Source: a plasmid. Taken from it: a DNA stretch of 64,000 nucleotides. The first letter of the stretch is position 1. Every line of letters starts with the position of its first letter. The stretch lies in sequence record NZ_CP028352.1. The stretch is one strand, 5' to 3'. The notes under the pieces are model-generated. The model saw only the letters and a list, made by a program, of their open reading frames with translations, was not told the origin of the DNA and searched no databases. This document shows positions 39,156-50,050 of this stretch, in pieces. The translations under genes and the position numbers were made by a program.

Positions 39156-39808
39156 CAGAGCACTCCCGCCAGTTGCTGGGGAAAGAAAAGGCATATGCCG
39201 CACAGGTAACCAAACAGCGCCGGTGCAAATGGTTTTGATGTCTGGCGCGTCAGCACAGCACACAAACAACACAGCAGTAGTCCACCGGCGGCGGCGTAAC
39301 ACGCGCTCCGCCAGGGCAGCCAGGCACAAAGACCGGCCATCAGGTAAACATCACCCAGCCCCATAAATTCCTTCCCCTGACGATAGTTGGCCAGCCAGCG
39401 CACCACGCCTGAGAGCGTGAACACTGTCAGACTGGCCAGCAGTGCCTCCGTAAACGGCAGCACTGCACCGGGCAGCACTGCAGACGTCAGCCCGCCGAGC
39501 CAGAACATCACCGTGTAGCGCATCGGCAGCCACTGACAGCGCAGGTCGGTCAGCGTGAGTGGCACCGCCAACACCAGCAGTGCAACGCTGCGCAGTGACG
39601 CACTGAGTGGTACAGCAGGAGGAAGCGTCAGCAGCCAGCCGGCGGTGAGCAGGTAAATCAGGGCAACCGGCGTCAGAAGTGACCAGGTTAAGGGCGGACC
39701 ATCATGCGTACGCAGAAAGCGGCTTGCCTGATAGGCCTGCAGTGCAAACATCGCAGCGTAACAGGCAAGCCACATAGAGATAGCCGGCCCGTCAGTATAT
39801 GAAGTCAT
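39155..39808 (-). CDS. pilU: Prepilin peptidase (A24 family), PilU-like, 217 aa
   Basis: Polytopic membrane protein with GLGDVYLMAGL. Confidence 0.7.
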   Translation of the reverse strand: MTSYTDGPAISMWLACYAAMFALQAYQASRFLRTHDGPPLTWSLLTPVALIYLLTAGWLLTLPPAVPLSASLRSVALLVLAVPLTLTDLRCQWLPMRYTVMFWLGGLTSAVLPGAVLPFTEALLASLTVFTLSGVVRWLANYRQGKEFMGLGDVYLMAGLCAWLPWRSACYAAAGGLLLCCLCAVLTRQTSKPFAPALFGYLCGICLFFPQQLAGVL

Positions 39809-39828
39809 GAATTATTCCGTTTAGGAGG

Positions 39829-40293
39829 TCAGCGGCGGGCCATGTAGTCGGCATAAACCTTTCGCGCATAGATCATGCGGCGGGCAGTATTGTCGTCGGC
39901 AAAGCCAGCGTTATAGCTGCCGAGACACTCCCAGGTCACACCACAGACCTGAAGGTGCCTGGCCAGAATCCAGGCGCCAACCATAACGTTCAGGCAGGGT
40001 TTGGTTAGCAGATCCTGTTCGCTCTGCAGCACGCCCATGGCACGCAGCTGCGGTACGTGCGTGGAATTAATCTGCATCAGGCCAAAATCCCGACTGGTAA
40101 CCAGCCCTTTTTTATTGCGGTTATAGCCGATAGCTACAGGATTGAAGCCGCTTTCCACCTTACTGATAGAGCGCAGTAGTTGTGGATCTACGTGATAACG
40201 AGCGCCCGCTTCGTTATAGCAGAATGCCTGCGCGGAGCGGGAAGCGCACAGCATCAATCCGCTGGCCAGCAGCAGGGTGAAAAGTTTCTTCAT
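39829..40293 (-). CDS. pilT: Lytic transglycosylase (SLT domain), PilT-like, 154 aa
   Basis: Signal peptide; ESGFNP...GLMQIN. Confidence 0.75.
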   Translation of the reverse strand: MKKLFTLLLASGLMLCASRSAQAFCYNEAGARYHVDPQLLRSISKVESGFNPVAIGYNRNKKGLVTSRDFGLMQINSTHVPQLRAMGVLQSEQDLLTKPCLNVMVGAWILARHLQVCGVTWECLGSYNAGFADDNTARRMIYARKVYADYMARR

Positions 40294-40359
40294 TATGTGT
40301 ACCGGGGAAAGAACAGAAATCAGAACTCGGTGCAGGCCGGGGTGCCCCCGGCCTTCCCG

Positions 40360-40953
40360 TCAGGTGTTACTGGTAAAGACCAGTGTGTTTGTTCCGGTAG
40401 AACCGCTGTCTGCCGCACACTGAGACGAAGCGACGGATGCACTGACTGTGCCACTGGTTGTACTGCCGTTAATGCTGGTTGATGCGACGTTGTTAGCGCC
40501 ACTCAACTTCTGTGACATTTGCGTGCATGCCTCCATCGGCACTTTTGTGTATGTCAGTGAGAATGAAGTCTTCGAACCGCCACCAGTGCTGACCGGCGCG
40601 ACGGTAATAGTGCCATTCCAGCGGTTAGTCATCGTGGCACTACCGGCTGACTTATCTCCTGTTATAGCGATTGTGCTGGGTACGCCGCCAAACTTAATCA
40701 GCGCGCCGGTCATATCAGATGATGAACTGAACTGATATGACCCGGCTGTTTTCAGGAGCCCGCGGGTATTTGTCATCATGTCACTAGCGTTCGTAATTTC
40801 CTCCGTATAATCAGAACGGCCAAACAGGCTGTTACCGCTGGAGATGTAGTAGATAATTGCCAGAAGGACCAGAACCCCGACGATAGCAGCCTCAGTCAGG
40901 TTAAAAGCGCCGCGATGAACAGCAGAGATAGTTTTTTTCTTCAGAGTGGACAT
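40360..40953 (-). CDS. pilS: Type IVb prepilin PilS-like, about 197 aa (start at MSTLKKK)
   Basis: Leader followed by the hydrophobic helix AIVGVLVLLAIIYYI. Confidence 0.65.
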   Translation of the reverse strand: MSTLKKKTISAVHRGAFNLTEAAIVGVLVLLAIIYYISSGNSLFGRSDYTEEITNASDMMTNTRGLLKTAGSYQFSSSSDMTGALIKFGGVPSTIAITGDKSAGSATMTNRWNGTITVAPVSTGGGSKTSFSLTYTKVPMEACTQMSQKLSGANNVASTSINGSTTSGTVSASVASSQCAADSGSTGTNTLVFTSNT

Positions 40954-40973
40954 ATGAGCCTCAGAGATGATGG

Positions 40974-42095
40974 TCAGTGGTTGCCGATTAAGTCGCCCAG
41001 GTTCTGTGTGGCAATGAACGTGAGCAGCAGATAGCCAGCGGTGGTGAGCATTCCGGCTACCTGAAGTATCCGGGTCGTTCGTTTTATGCGGTTGATGGTT
41101 TTGCTGAGCCACATACGGGCAAAGTTTTCGATATTGTCTTCTCCCCCGGGACTTGCTGTCAGGAGACTCAGACGATCGATGGCATCACGTGAAGGGAATA
41201 AATAGCCACTATCTGCCAGTGCGAGTCCAAGATGTTTCCCACGAGCAACCTGACGCCTGGCCGCCGTCAGGCGCTCATACAGCCACGGCGTGGCATTGCG
41301 GCTGAGCATATCAAGTGCCTCTTCCGTGCGGACGTTTGCACGTAAAAGCGCGCTCAGGTTCAGAAGAAATGACACTCCCTGCATCTCACGGTAGAGACTC
41401 CAGGGAAAAAGATGGTCAAGAACACGTTTACGCACAGGACCGGTTAATCGGGGTAAAGACCAGATCACCCATGCACTGAATGCTGCCAGCACGCAGGCCA
41501 GCAAATACCGGTTATCGATAAAGAAATGCGTGACGCTTCCAAGCCACCACAGTGCACCTGTCCAGCTTTCGACTGGCACCATCCGTTCCAGCTGCGGAAG
41601 AAAACGCTCATACACCATTTTCATCATGTAGAACGTGCTCCCCATCAGTAGTGCGGGATAGCTGAGGTTTGAGATAGTGGTCGATTTCATCTCGCCCATA
41701 CCCCTGACTACAAAAATTGCCCTGTGCAACGCGCCCTGTAAATCTTTCGCCGCGCGTCCTGCCCGCAAAATGGTTGTCTCCTGAGGTGGAACCCAGCCAG
41801 TCAGCCCGGCTTCTATTCCTCGTCCGCGTGTCAGTGCTCGCCTGACGTCGCTGAGGCACAGAAGCATCGGATCATTCTTTCGCCGGCGGCTGCGTTGCAT
41901 GCCCGCGATAGCGTCCTCTGTCTTCTGATTGTTCTCCAGCAGGAAAGCCAGGTCTTCATACAACGTCATGCGATCAGTGGTGCTGAAGGTTTTCTGTCCA
42001 ATCCATCGGCCCAGCCCTTCTGAACGAGCACTGCCTTTTGTAAAGGCTCCCTGAAGACGTGTACGCCACTGGCGAAGGAAGTCATTCATGACCAC
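40974..42095 (-). CDS. pilR: PilR (GspF-family platform protein), 373 aa
   Basis: Polytopic; T2SS F-type architecture. Confidence 0.7.
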   Translation of the reverse strand: MVMNDFLRQWRTRLQGAFTKGSARSEGLGRWIGQKTFSTTDRMTLYEDLAFLLENNQKTEDAIAGMQRSRRRKNDPMLLCLSDVRRALTRGRGIEAGLTGWVPPQETTILRAGRAAKDLQGALHRAIFVVRGMGEMKSTTISNLSYPALLMGSTFYMMKMVYERFLPQLERMVPVESWTGALWWLGSVTHFFIDNRYLLACVLAAFSAWVIWSLPRLTGPVRKRVLDHLFPWSLYREMQGVSFLLNLSALLRANVRTEEALDMLSRNATPWLYERLTAARRQVARGKHLGLALADSGYLFPSRDAIDRLSLLTASPGGEDNIENFARMWLSKTINRIKRTTRILQVAGMLTTAGYLLLTFIATQNLGDLIGNH

Positions 42096-43605
42096 CTCCG
42101 GTCAGATAAAGGGCAACCGTCTCAGGAGGTAGCAGGTTAAGGGTGTCTTCATCAAGCGGACTGAGCTTATCTGCATCAATCGGATCTGCCTCACCGGCCG
42201 CGATATAACGCTTGAGATGTGCTCCGCGCGTAATACCGCCCATGTGATGCACCCAATAGCTGCGCGCTGCGAGCTTGCCATGATCGCGGTAGAGCTGCAT
42301 AAAACGAGCGTCAGGACGAATCACCTCCGCGATGACCTTGCGCCCGATGATTCCGCGCCAGCAACCTGGTGTGCTGCAGCCTTCGTGATTACGAAACGCT
42401 ACGGTTGAAATATCGCAGTGGCTCTCAATCAGTTCGCGATCGTCTTCGGAAAGTTCCTCCCTGACGTCTTTCCATCGTTTTTTGCAGTTTGGACAAAGCC
42501 TCTGCACCAGGCGCTGCGCAACGAGGCCAATCACCACCTGTGGATCCAGCACCATCCCGGGCGCAATGCCCAGCGTATCGGTCAGGCGGTCGATAATGCC
42601 GGTGCCGTCATTAGCGTGTGTCGTTGTCTTAACCAGCGTGCCACTTTTTGCTTCGCTGAAACTGGCATTGGCAGACCAGGTATCGCGTATCTCTCCTATT
42701 ACCGCGGCGTTGTAATCCAGACGCTTTAGAGCAGAAAGACGGCGTTGCCATGCACGGGTAACAGATTCCGGGTCGTTTCGGTCGGCTATAATCGTGGTCT
42801 GTACTGCTCCCGGCACCTTGCCTTCAACCGGATCCTCCACAGTTATCAGCCTGCGTTTACCCTCAGTCATTTCAACGTACATCTGGCAAAAGGTTCGCAT
42901 TGTGGTGCTTTTGCCTGAGCCGGTTGGCCCCGCCGTAATAATGATGCCCTCCGGACGCTTGAGCATGCGACGGATCAGCTTCTGCTGTTCTGGCAGGTAA
43001 CCCAGCGTATCCAGTGAGGGAATGTCCTGGCTTTCATCAAGAATGACACGCAGCACGACGTAAAGACCGGACTCTGTGGGTACTGCCGAGTAACGCGCAG
43101 CATAAAGATCCAGTTCCGATACGAACTCGTTACGCAGGCGTCCGTCCTGCTCATCAGTTTCACTGAAAGCCTGAGGCGCAACGTCGCACATCGACATGAC
43201 GATGGTTGAGGCAAGGCTCATCCCCTCCTCTACGTCCAGTTCGGCCTGCAGCTCTAGATCACCATGAATACGGAACACTACGGCCGTAATGTTATCCATC
43301 CCGATAAGGATGTGAATGTCAGACGCGTGTGATTCCGCTGCGCGGCGCATAAAATTCACAACCTGGTTCTGTTCCTGCGACCAGGAGCCTGTCGAGATGG
43401 CCCCAGCCCGGCCAGTTTGCAGCCGGCGCAGCTCGCTCAGGTGTACGGTATGAATATCAAGACCGGGAAGCTGGCGCCGGGCGCGGGCGATTTCTGACTG
43501 GACTGCCGGACTGGCAAGGTGTTCATTTGATACATACAGCCGACGTTGTTCCGGGTTACTTTTGTCCAGATGAAGCAGATTCAGAGTCTGTTCGCTGAAT
43601 TCCAT
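42082..43605 (-). CDS. pilQ: PilQ (GspE-family assembly ATPase), 507 aa
   Basis: Walker A ITAGPTGSGKSTTMRT and a CxxC tetrad. Confidence 0.8.
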   Translation of the reverse strand: MEFSEQTLNLLHLDKSNPEQRRLYVSNEHLASPAVQSEIARARRQLPGLDIHTVHLSELRRLQTGRAGAISTGSWSQEQNQVVNFMRRAAESHASDIHILIGMDNITAVVFRIHGDLELQAELDVEEGMSLASTIVMSMCDVAPQAFSETDEQDGRLRNEFVSELDLYAARYSAVPTESGLYVVLRVILDESQDIPSLDTLGYLPEQQKLIRRMLKRPEGIIITAGPTGSGKSTTMRTFCQMYVEMTEGKRRLITVEDPVEGKVPGAVQTTIIADRNDPESVTRAWQRRLSALKRLDYNAAVIGEIRDTWSANASFSEAKSGTLVKTTTHANDGTGIIDRLTDTLGIAPGMVLDPQVVIGLVAQRLVQRLCPNCKKRWKDVREELSEDDRELIESHCDISTVAFRNHEGCSTPGCWRGIIGRKVIAEVIRPDARFMQLYRDHGKLAARSYWVHHMGGITRGAHLKRYIAAGEADPIDADKLSPLDEDTLNLLPPETVALYLTGGGHE

Positions 43606-43609
43606 ATGC

Positions 43610-44188
43610 TTACCCCGCGAAGGCCAGTGAAATGAGGCCTTTGTCCGGGCTGCTGACCGTCACCTCACCGAATGTGATTTTGGCTACCGTCCAGGCAGTG
43701 CCAGGAATGCGGCTGCCTGCCTGCACACGGACCTGATTGCCGCCGTCAAGCTGCAGTGTGGCGGAAAGCTGCTGCCCGCCGGATATTTCTACAATAAGCG
43801 GAAGTGCACGGCTTTCCTCAGCCGGTTTAGCGGCAGTGCTTTCTTTAGCCGTCGCTGCTGGCTGCGGATTAAAAGGGCCGCCCAGCACCGCGTCATAGCC
43901 ATTTTTCTGCAGCTCGTTAAGCGCCTTTGCCTGTGCAAGCTGGAACTCATACAACACCGTTTTGGTTTGAATATCCTCAAGACGTCCAAAGCTGTTGTCC
44001 TGTGTAACAGGATCTGCTGGCCTTACAGCATCGGGAGGTGAAACAGGAATGCCGGCACCAGTCAGGGCATTGTCCTTTTTAACCTCACTCTGCGGTGTCA
44101 GCGTATCTGACGCTGGCTGACTGGCAGTAGCCAGCTGGCTGATGACAAGCACGGGCAGCAGCAGGTGACGCCACTTATTTGTCTGCAT
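43610..44188 (-). CDS. pilP: PilP-like secreted protein, 192 aa
   Basis: Signal peptide; order. Confidence 0.45.
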   Translation of the reverse strand: MQTNKWRHLLLPVLVISQLATASQPASDTLTPQSEVKKDNALTGAGIPVSPPDAVRPADPVTQDNSFGRLEDIQTKTVLYEFQLAQAKALNELQKNGYDAVLGGPFNPQPAATAKESTAAKPAEESRALPLIVEISGGQQLSATLQLDGGNQVRVQAGSRIPGTAWTVAKITFGEVTVSSPDKGLISLAFAG

Positions 44189-45479
44189 AGAGCATTCCTT
44201 CCAGGGTATAGGTCAGCCGGCTGCTATGTAGCTCGGCCTTTACGGAACTCAGCCGCAGCCCGTTGCCCGGGAAACGCGAGGCGTCAAATAGCCGGTCCGG
44301 CGGGATGTCGGTAATGAACGTAAAGCTGTAACGCTTCCAGGGCAGCGGGATCTGATCCTGCCCGACGGTCTGAGCCAGTAAAACGGGCTCACTGAAGCGC
44401 AGATTAGCCCGCAGGCGTTGCGCATAACTGGTCATGCGCCGCAACTGCTCATCACCGGGTAACAGCGTCTCAGGTAAGGCTGAAGTGAAATGCACAGACT
44501 CACTGAATGAGGCATCATCAGACGGCCCGGGCATGTTGAAAACAGCCTTAATGCCCGGTCCGTAGAGCTGTGGCAGCCGGGCGGCAAAATCGCCGACCGT
44601 GCCGCCATCCGGCAGGGCATAGTGAAGCGTCAGCTGTCCCGATGACTCGCAAGTAACCTGGCTGAACACCCAGCCAGCAATCGAAAGCGGCGCCTGTCGC
44701 CATTGCTTCACACACGCGCTGAGCATGCCTGAAAAGTCTGGCTGGCCACCCCAAGGTTTAGCCAGAGTGGCAGGCTTGAGTGCTGCCGCCTCACGGGCCC
44801 GGGTCAGCTCAGCCTGGACCCACGCCTCATGCTGAGCCGTCTTTCTGGCTTCCAGCATGTGATTGCCATACCAGGCGGCAACCACGCACACACCTCCCAG
44901 CAGCAGTAAGCGGGACGTTGTACGGCTGTCAGTTTTGTTCAACAGTGCGCGCGGCGGCACGGTAGCAGGAATCAGATCTGCAAGCTGTTCACGGCGAGCA
45001 TCAGGCATATTCAGCATTGAATCCGGATCGAACACTACCCAGCCCGCAGAAGGTGCTGGCGACGTGTCCCGAAACAGTTCAGCTGCCCGGAGAACGGCGG
45101 CAGCATTGCCGGTCACATCGCCATAGGGTGAGGGATGGCCGCCGGTAACGGCCATAAACCAGTAATTCCCCCCAGGAAGCAAAAAAATGCCCCAGCAGTC
45201 GGCGGGAATGCTCCCGACCACTGCCGCGGCAAGTGAGGCCGGGCGCTTACCTTTCGGTATGGGCGCAGCATCATCGGCAAGTGCACCGAGCCAGGTTGCC
45301 GGCTCATCAGCTGTGCCTGCAGGCAAAGCCAGCCAGTAGCTTGCCTGTTGATCCCGCGCCTCAATTTTGAGGCGTCGGCGACCACGTGCAGCCACCCACT
45401 GCCAGTGCAGCCCCGCAATCAGCGCATATTTCCCGGACGGGACCACGCTGATTGCTGGCTGCGTCAGTTCAGAAGTCAT
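44175..45479 (-). CDS. pilO: PilO-like protein, 434 aa
   Basis: Size and order. Confidence 0.45.
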   Translation of the reverse strand: MTSELTQPAISVVPSGKYALIAGLHWQWVAARGRRRLKIEARDQQASYWLALPAGTADEPATWLGALADDAAPIPKGKRPASLAAAVVGSIPADCWGIFLLPGGNYWFMAVTGGHPSPYGDVTGNAAAVLRAAELFRDTSPAPSAGWVVFDPDSMLNMPDARREQLADLIPATVPPRALLNKTDSRTTSRLLLLGGVCVVAAWYGNHMLEARKTAQHEAWVQAELTRAREAAALKPATLAKPWGGQPDFSGMLSACVKQWRQAPLSIAGWVFSQVTCESSGQLTLHYALPDGGTVGDFAARLPQLYGPGIKAVFNMPGPSDDASFSESVHFTSALPETLLPGDEQLRRMTSYAQRLRANLRFSEPVLLAQTVGQDQIPLPWKRYSFTFITDIPPDRLFDASRFPGNGLRLSSVKAELHSSRLTYTLEGMLYADK

Positions 45480-45488
45480 AGCGTCTCC

Positions 45489-47120
45489 TTATCCCAGCAC
45501 TACAGGCGTCACGAGAATGATGAACATACGTCGCCCGTCGTCGCCCCGGGCGCCGCCGCCCAGGCCAAAGAAGCTGTAGCTGCCCGTTCCCTGCCGGTTT
45601 GCAGAATCGCTCAGCTGCTCATAGCCGCTCAGAACCAGAGTCTGGCCGGACTGCATGATCACGCGCTGGACGATAGTTTTAGGTGTTGTCCTGGACAGCT
45701 GCGATGTCTGGCCGCCGGAGGTAAAATCTTTGAATACCGGGTCATCTGACATGCTGATGGAGAATTCCAGCTGCATTTTCGGTGAGTTAGGGAACAACAA
45801 CGGCAACGCGGTCATGTTAAAACCGGTGGTGATCGTTGCTGTGGTAATAGAGGTACTGGTTCCGACGTTCGCTGTCTGGCTTGTGCTGATATTCGGTACG
45901 TAATCCTGTTGAATGGCGTTCTGTACCGGCACGGCAGACAGATTTGTTGTCAGCGCCGAGGCAGAGGTAACCACGCTGAGCTTTGCCTGCTCGTCAAGGG
46001 CCTTAAGGAACGTCTGCGTGCCCTGCCCCTTGCCGTCCAGAATGGCCACACCGCCGCTCAGCGCATCCGCTGCTGCACCCGTAAACGGGCTGGTCAGCGA
46101 CATTCCAACACTGCCGGTGTTTAGTACCGCATTCCAGTCAATACCCAGCTGGTTCTGATGACGATTCTCGATGCTGAAGACCTTCACTGAAATCATCACC
46201 TGGCGGTTAAGCTCGCGGTTGCGATCGTCAATGTAGCGGCTAATGGCATCGAGAACGCGCGGCGTATCGGTAACAGTAAGGACGCCGGCTGACAGGTTGT
46301 AACGCCCGGACCCCGGCGTTAGCATCGACTTCACCGTATTCTCCACATCTTTAAAGATGTTGGATTTAATGGTCGCCGTAGTGGTCTGACTGGTGCTGTT
46401 GTCCCCGGTACTACCGCCGCCGCCGCCGCTTGTGCCCGTTGACGTTGTGGTGCCGCTCACCGTTTTCGACACAAAGCTCGCATCGCTGTCCATGAAGTTG
46501 ATGGCGAAGTTTCGGGTATCGAGCCAGAAGATAGCGATATGTCCGTACTCATATTTGGAGGACAACCCGCTGCGCGCGTTGACGTAATCCAGAAAGCCTC
46601 CGAGCTCACCGTTCCATGTGACGCCGTGTAGCACACCCGCACCCTGTTGAACAACTGCCGGCTGGTTTCCAGCCTGGCCCATTGCAGCAAGAGGTACCAT
46701 CCCGCTGGGGTCTGGAGGCGGCAAAGAACCGCTCATCTTTTGAGTTATGCCGCCCCCTCCGCTGCTCCCGGCCAGCATGGCCTGAGCATCTGGAGTGATG
46801 ATCACGGGGATCCGACACTGGTCGGTGATAAATGCACTGATATAAGCGAGTGATACGTTGCCGGGACGGTTAATTTTTATCGTGCAGGGAGGTAGCGCCG
46901 GACGCTCACCGGCTACGCCGTTAATCGGTACCGGATTAATCCACTGTGATGTCAGGTCGCGCACAACCTGCCCGCTTTCAAGCGCGCGTTTATGGGCATC
47001 GGCCTGCGCCTCGGCCGCGGCCGCCCGTTTTTCGGTGGCATCAACGCGATCAAGCGTGCTGCAACCGCTAGCAAGCAGGCAAAGCGCCGCCGCCGCGGTC
47101 AGCCGGTGAGGTAATTTCAT
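45489..47120 (-). CDS. pilN: PilN-like secretin lipoprotein, 543 aa
   Basis: Lipobox LLASGC; Gly/Ser/Thr-rich; secretin-like C-terminus. Confidence 0.6.
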   Translation of the reverse strand: MKLPHRLTAAAALCLLASGCSTLDRVDATEKRAAAAEAQADAHKRALESGQVVRDLTSQWINPVPINGVAGERPALPPCTIKINRPGNVSLAYISAFITDQCRIPVIITPDAQAMLAGSSGGGGITQKMSGSLPPPDPSGMVPLAAMGQAGNQPAVVQQGAGVLHGVTWNGELGGFLDYVNARSGLSSKYEYGHIAIFWLDTRNFAINFMDSDASFVSKTVSGTTTSTGTSGGGGGSTGDNSTSQTTTATIKSNIFKDVENTVKSMLTPGSGRYNLSAGVLTVTDTPRVLDAISRYIDDRNRELNRQVMISVKVFSIENRHQNQLGIDWNAVLNTGSVGMSLTSPFTGAAADALSGGVAILDGKGQGTQTFLKALDEQAKLSVVTSASALTTNLSAVPVQNAIQQDYVPNISTSQTANVGTSTSITTATITTGFNMTALPLLFPNSPKMQLEFSISMSDDPVFKDFTSGGQTSQLSRTTPKTIVQRVIMQSGQTLVLSGYEQLSDSANRQGTGSYSFFGLGGGARGDDGRRMFIILVTPVVLG

Positions 47121-47146
47121 TGCTGTGTCCTGTAAGAAAGGGAAAG

Positions 47147-47584
47147 TCAGTTAACCCACACCACGCTGCCGTCGGGGATGACGGCGGGGACTGTGAGCTG
47201 CATGTCGGTGCCGCTATTGTCGAGCAGCCGACGGGAAACCACGTGCCCGGCCAGCGCAGACTGACGAGTTTGCGTCAACAGCGCCGCCATCAGCCCGGGT
47301 TCTGCGGATCGCCAAACATATGTTCTGCCGCTGGCGATCACATTGCTGAGTCCCGGGACGCTTTTCCAGCCACTGAGCTGCTCATCACTGACGCTGACGT
47401 TATCCGCTGCGGGATTCAGGTACCGCCAGTCGTTGATGCGGTTCATATAGCGCACCATTTGCGTGGCGCGCTGGCTCTGTGTCTGGTCCTGCAGCTGCCC
47501 CGCCTCATGCACGGCCCGCTGGTCAGTGGAAAGTCCGTCCAGCAGGAATCCAGCAAAGATAACCAGCAGCCAGTACATGAACAT
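47147..47584 (-). CDS. pilM: PilM-like membrane protein, 145 aa
   Basis: N-terminal TM helix; size. Confidence 0.45.
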   Translation of the reverse strand: MFMYWLLVIFAGFLLDGLSTDQRAVHEAGQLQDQTQSQRATQMVRYMNRINDWRYLNPAADNVSVSDEQLSGWKSVPGLSNVIASGRTYVWRSAEPGLMAALLTQTRQSALAGHVVSRRLLDNSGTDMQLTVPAVIPDGSVVWVN

Positions 47585-48666
47585 TACTGCACCTCCTTAT
47601 CGTCCACCGACACTACGCACTGTGCGGCACGTACGCCGGCATAGAGAGGCACCTTCGCCGTACCGTAGAGGGTGAAAAGTCGGTTCAGCATTTCACGGAA
47701 ACTGCCGTCAAAGGTGAGCGGTGCATCAACCCGGTAGTTGGTCGGCGTCAGCCAGGCTACGGTCCAGTTTTTAATGCCGGGCACGGTACACGTTTCGGTA
47801 GCGGCCTGGCTGTAAAGCCAGTCCTTCACCGTGCTGCCCGTTTCAATGCGCCAGTGTCGCACCTGAATAACTTTCGGGGGGATGACCGGCACGACGAGGG
47901 CCTTAGTTGCGGCAGGTGAAACCGGCACGATCGCAGCGCCGGCCGCTTTTGCTGTGGCATCGCCGAGGAACGGGTTACGCCCGGTTCCGGTTTGGGTAAC
48001 TGTTTTTAATGGCACCGACGAGGCCGGTTTATCGGGCGCAGCTGCCGGCACTGGCTTAATAGGCCCCGCAGCTGGCACGGGCGATGACGTTCCCTTATTT
48101 GGTACGCGAGTTGTCTGCGCGCGCTGCGCAGGCTCAACGGTAACCGTGCCCGTTTTCTCGTTAACGGTCGCTTTCATGCCGCGCGTGGCCAGCAGCTTAT
48201 CGATGACGAACGGCCAGCGATCGTTACCTGTCCACTGCCATAGCTCCGGCGCGTCTGCAGAAACGGCCTTATCAAACACGACGGTATGCCCGGGCGGGAC
48301 AATTTTGTGCAGGGCAGCGCGCAGCGTTGGTGCCACGCCACTCTGCCGCACGAAGCCGTCTGCAGGCCCCGCGCCAGCAGTTGCCGATGGCAAGGGGGGC
48401 CCCGATGGTTTCAGGAGTGAAGCTGGGGCGACAGTCGGACGTGATAACAGCGGCACCGATGATTTCACGCTCGCTGAGGACACGGGGCGCTGAGCTGAGG
48501 AGCTGCTCTGGTGTATGCGGTACTGCATGGCGCTGATGTCGGCCGCGCTGCGCGAGAGCATGCCGTCCACCACGCTGCCCGATGGTGGCCCGGTAATGAC
48601 TGCCTGCTGAGCACAGCCGGTCAGAAACAGAGCCGGAAACAGCCCTGCCCGTTCAATAATTGACAT
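47584..48666 (-). CDS. pilL: PilL-like lipoprotein, 360 aa
   Basis: Lipobox FLTGC; Pro/Ala-rich. Confidence 0.5.
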   Translation of the reverse strand: MSIIERAGLFPALFLTGCAQQAVITGPPSGSVVDGMLSRSAADISAMQYRIHQSSSSAQRPVSSASVKSSVPLLSRPTVAPASLLKPSGPPLPSATAGAGPADGFVRQSGVAPTLRAALHKIVPPGHTVVFDKAVSADAPELWQWTGNDRWPFVIDKLLATRGMKATVNEKTGTVTVEPAQRAQTTRVPNKGTSSPVPAAGPIKPVPAAAPDKPASSVPLKTVTQTGTGRNPFLGDATAKAAGAAIVPVSPAATKALVVPVIPPKVIQVRHWRIETGSTVKDWLYSQAATETCTVPGIKNWTVAWLTPTNYRVDAPLTFDGSFREMLNRLFTLYGTAKVPLYAGVRAAQCVVSVDDKEVQ

Positions 48667-48913
48667 AGAGAAGACTCCGGATAGCTCATGGCCGGCACTG
48701 TCCGCCCGGTGGCCTCAGGCTGCCCGGCATTGACTGTGCAAAAAGCGGGATACCCGCCATTCAGAAGGGATGTTGCAGCGCCGGGTGCCTCCCGGTGCTC
48801 TGGTCAGACTGACAGACGCCAGAGCGGCGTTATTAGACTCTACGCATCGTATTAAAAAAATTTAAGCCGACGTCAGTCTGACCGCGTGCGCTGGCCGCAG
48901 GTCCGCCGCAACG

Positions 48914-48949
48914 AAAAGCGCACTGGCCGATCAGGGCAAGTGCGCTTTT
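48914..48949 (-). terminator. 11-bp perfect hairpin (AAAAGCGCACT...AGTGCGCTTTT) between the lipoprotein gene and pilL
   Basis: Inverted repeat with a 14-nt loop and T residues after it on the minus strand. Confidence 0.5.
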
Positions 48950-49007
48950 CAATGAGGCGTCATGTTTAAAAAATACAATGCCGGTTGTGGGCCCGGCATC
49001 ATCAGGT

Positions 49008-49598
49008 TCATTTACCGGACTGTATAAGCCAGATAATGCTTCCCCCGGTGTTGTGCTGTACAACCAGTAACGCCCCGCCTGAAGGCAATCTAACCCGCCC
49101 CGGGTTAAACGACTTATCATCAAGCGATCCACTTTTAGGCAGGAGCACAGCGGAACTCAGCTCATAACTGACCATACGAGGGCCATTTTCTTCGAACTGA
49201 GGATAAGGGGTAACCACAGCATTTAATTTTTCGGAAGCATTATTAACGCTTACCGGCAGTGGTTGCATATCTTCAGTCCATGCGATTGACGTTGTGATGA
49301 ATTCAGCCCATTTATTGAGTAGCATCCTGGTTGCATCTACTTGGCTGGGCATGATGACGCGCAATGATCCAGAATTCAGTGATGGAATGACAGAATCTGA
49401 GGGTATTTTCAGTAATTCTTCAGCCTGTGATGACGTGAAACGCCATGCACTCACACTAATGTTGACGCCGCTGCCACATTGTTTACTGCAGGAAGACTTC
49501 TCTGACAGTGACGCATATTTCTGAACGCATGAGGTTAAAACTAAAGGAGAAATAAGCGCGAGAAGAATGCAGGTGCGCTGAATAGAATTCATAACCAT
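49008..49598 (-). CDS. Low-GC lipoprotein, 196 aa
   Basis: Lipobox VLTSC; about 42% GC against about 60% in the neighbours. Confidence 0.45.
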   Translation of the reverse strand: MVMNSIQRTCILLALISPLVLTSCVQKYASLSEKSSCSKQCGSGVNISVSAWRFTSSQAEELLKIPSDSVIPSLNSGSLRVIMPSQVDATRMLLNKWAEFITTSIAWTEDMQPLPVSVNNASEKLNAVVTPYPQFEENGPRMVSYELSSAVLLPKSGSLDDKSFNPGRVRLPSGGALLVVQHNTGGSIIWLIQSGK

Positions 49599-49629
49599 AT
49601 TTATACCAGATTAAAGTAAAACGCTGAGG

Positions 49630-50013
49630 TTAGACCTGCGGGCTGTTAAGGAAGGCTGAGGCTGTATATGAACGCGCAGACGTGGCTTGTGCCCTCTGCT
49701 GACGTTCAAACCAGAACTGCACAGGCTCTTTAACCTTACAGACCAGGCCAAAGCGCAGAGCCGTCCGAAAATTAATACTGCTACGCTGCGCCCGTTCAAC
49801 CTGCTCTGCAAGGATGGCTCTGAAAGCCTCAGGTGTTGCATTGCCTTTGGCAACACGGCAGTCCCTGCAAACTGCCGCAAGCCCGCCGCTGATATATTTC
49901 TCGCCAATAAGTTCTGCATGCCAGCCCCGATCAGGTAACTGCTCACCGCAATAAGCGCAGCAGCCACCAAACTGGTTTTTCAGAGCTTCACGTTTGTTTT
50001 TTGATAGATGCAC
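49630..50013 (-). CDS. Small HNH-like zinc-finger protein, 127 aa
   Basis: CAYCG...WHAELIGEKYISGG...CRDCRVAK fits the HNH ββα-metal pattern. Confidence 0.45.
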   Translation of the reverse strand: MHLSKNKREALKNQFGGCCAYCGEQLPDRGWHAELIGEKYISGGLAAVCRDCRVAKGNATPEAFRAILAEQVERAQRSSINFRTALRFGLVCKVKEPVQFWFERQQRAQATSARSYTASAFLNSPQV

Positions 50014-50050
50014 AATTCACCCCAAATATCAGCCCTATGTCGGGCATCTG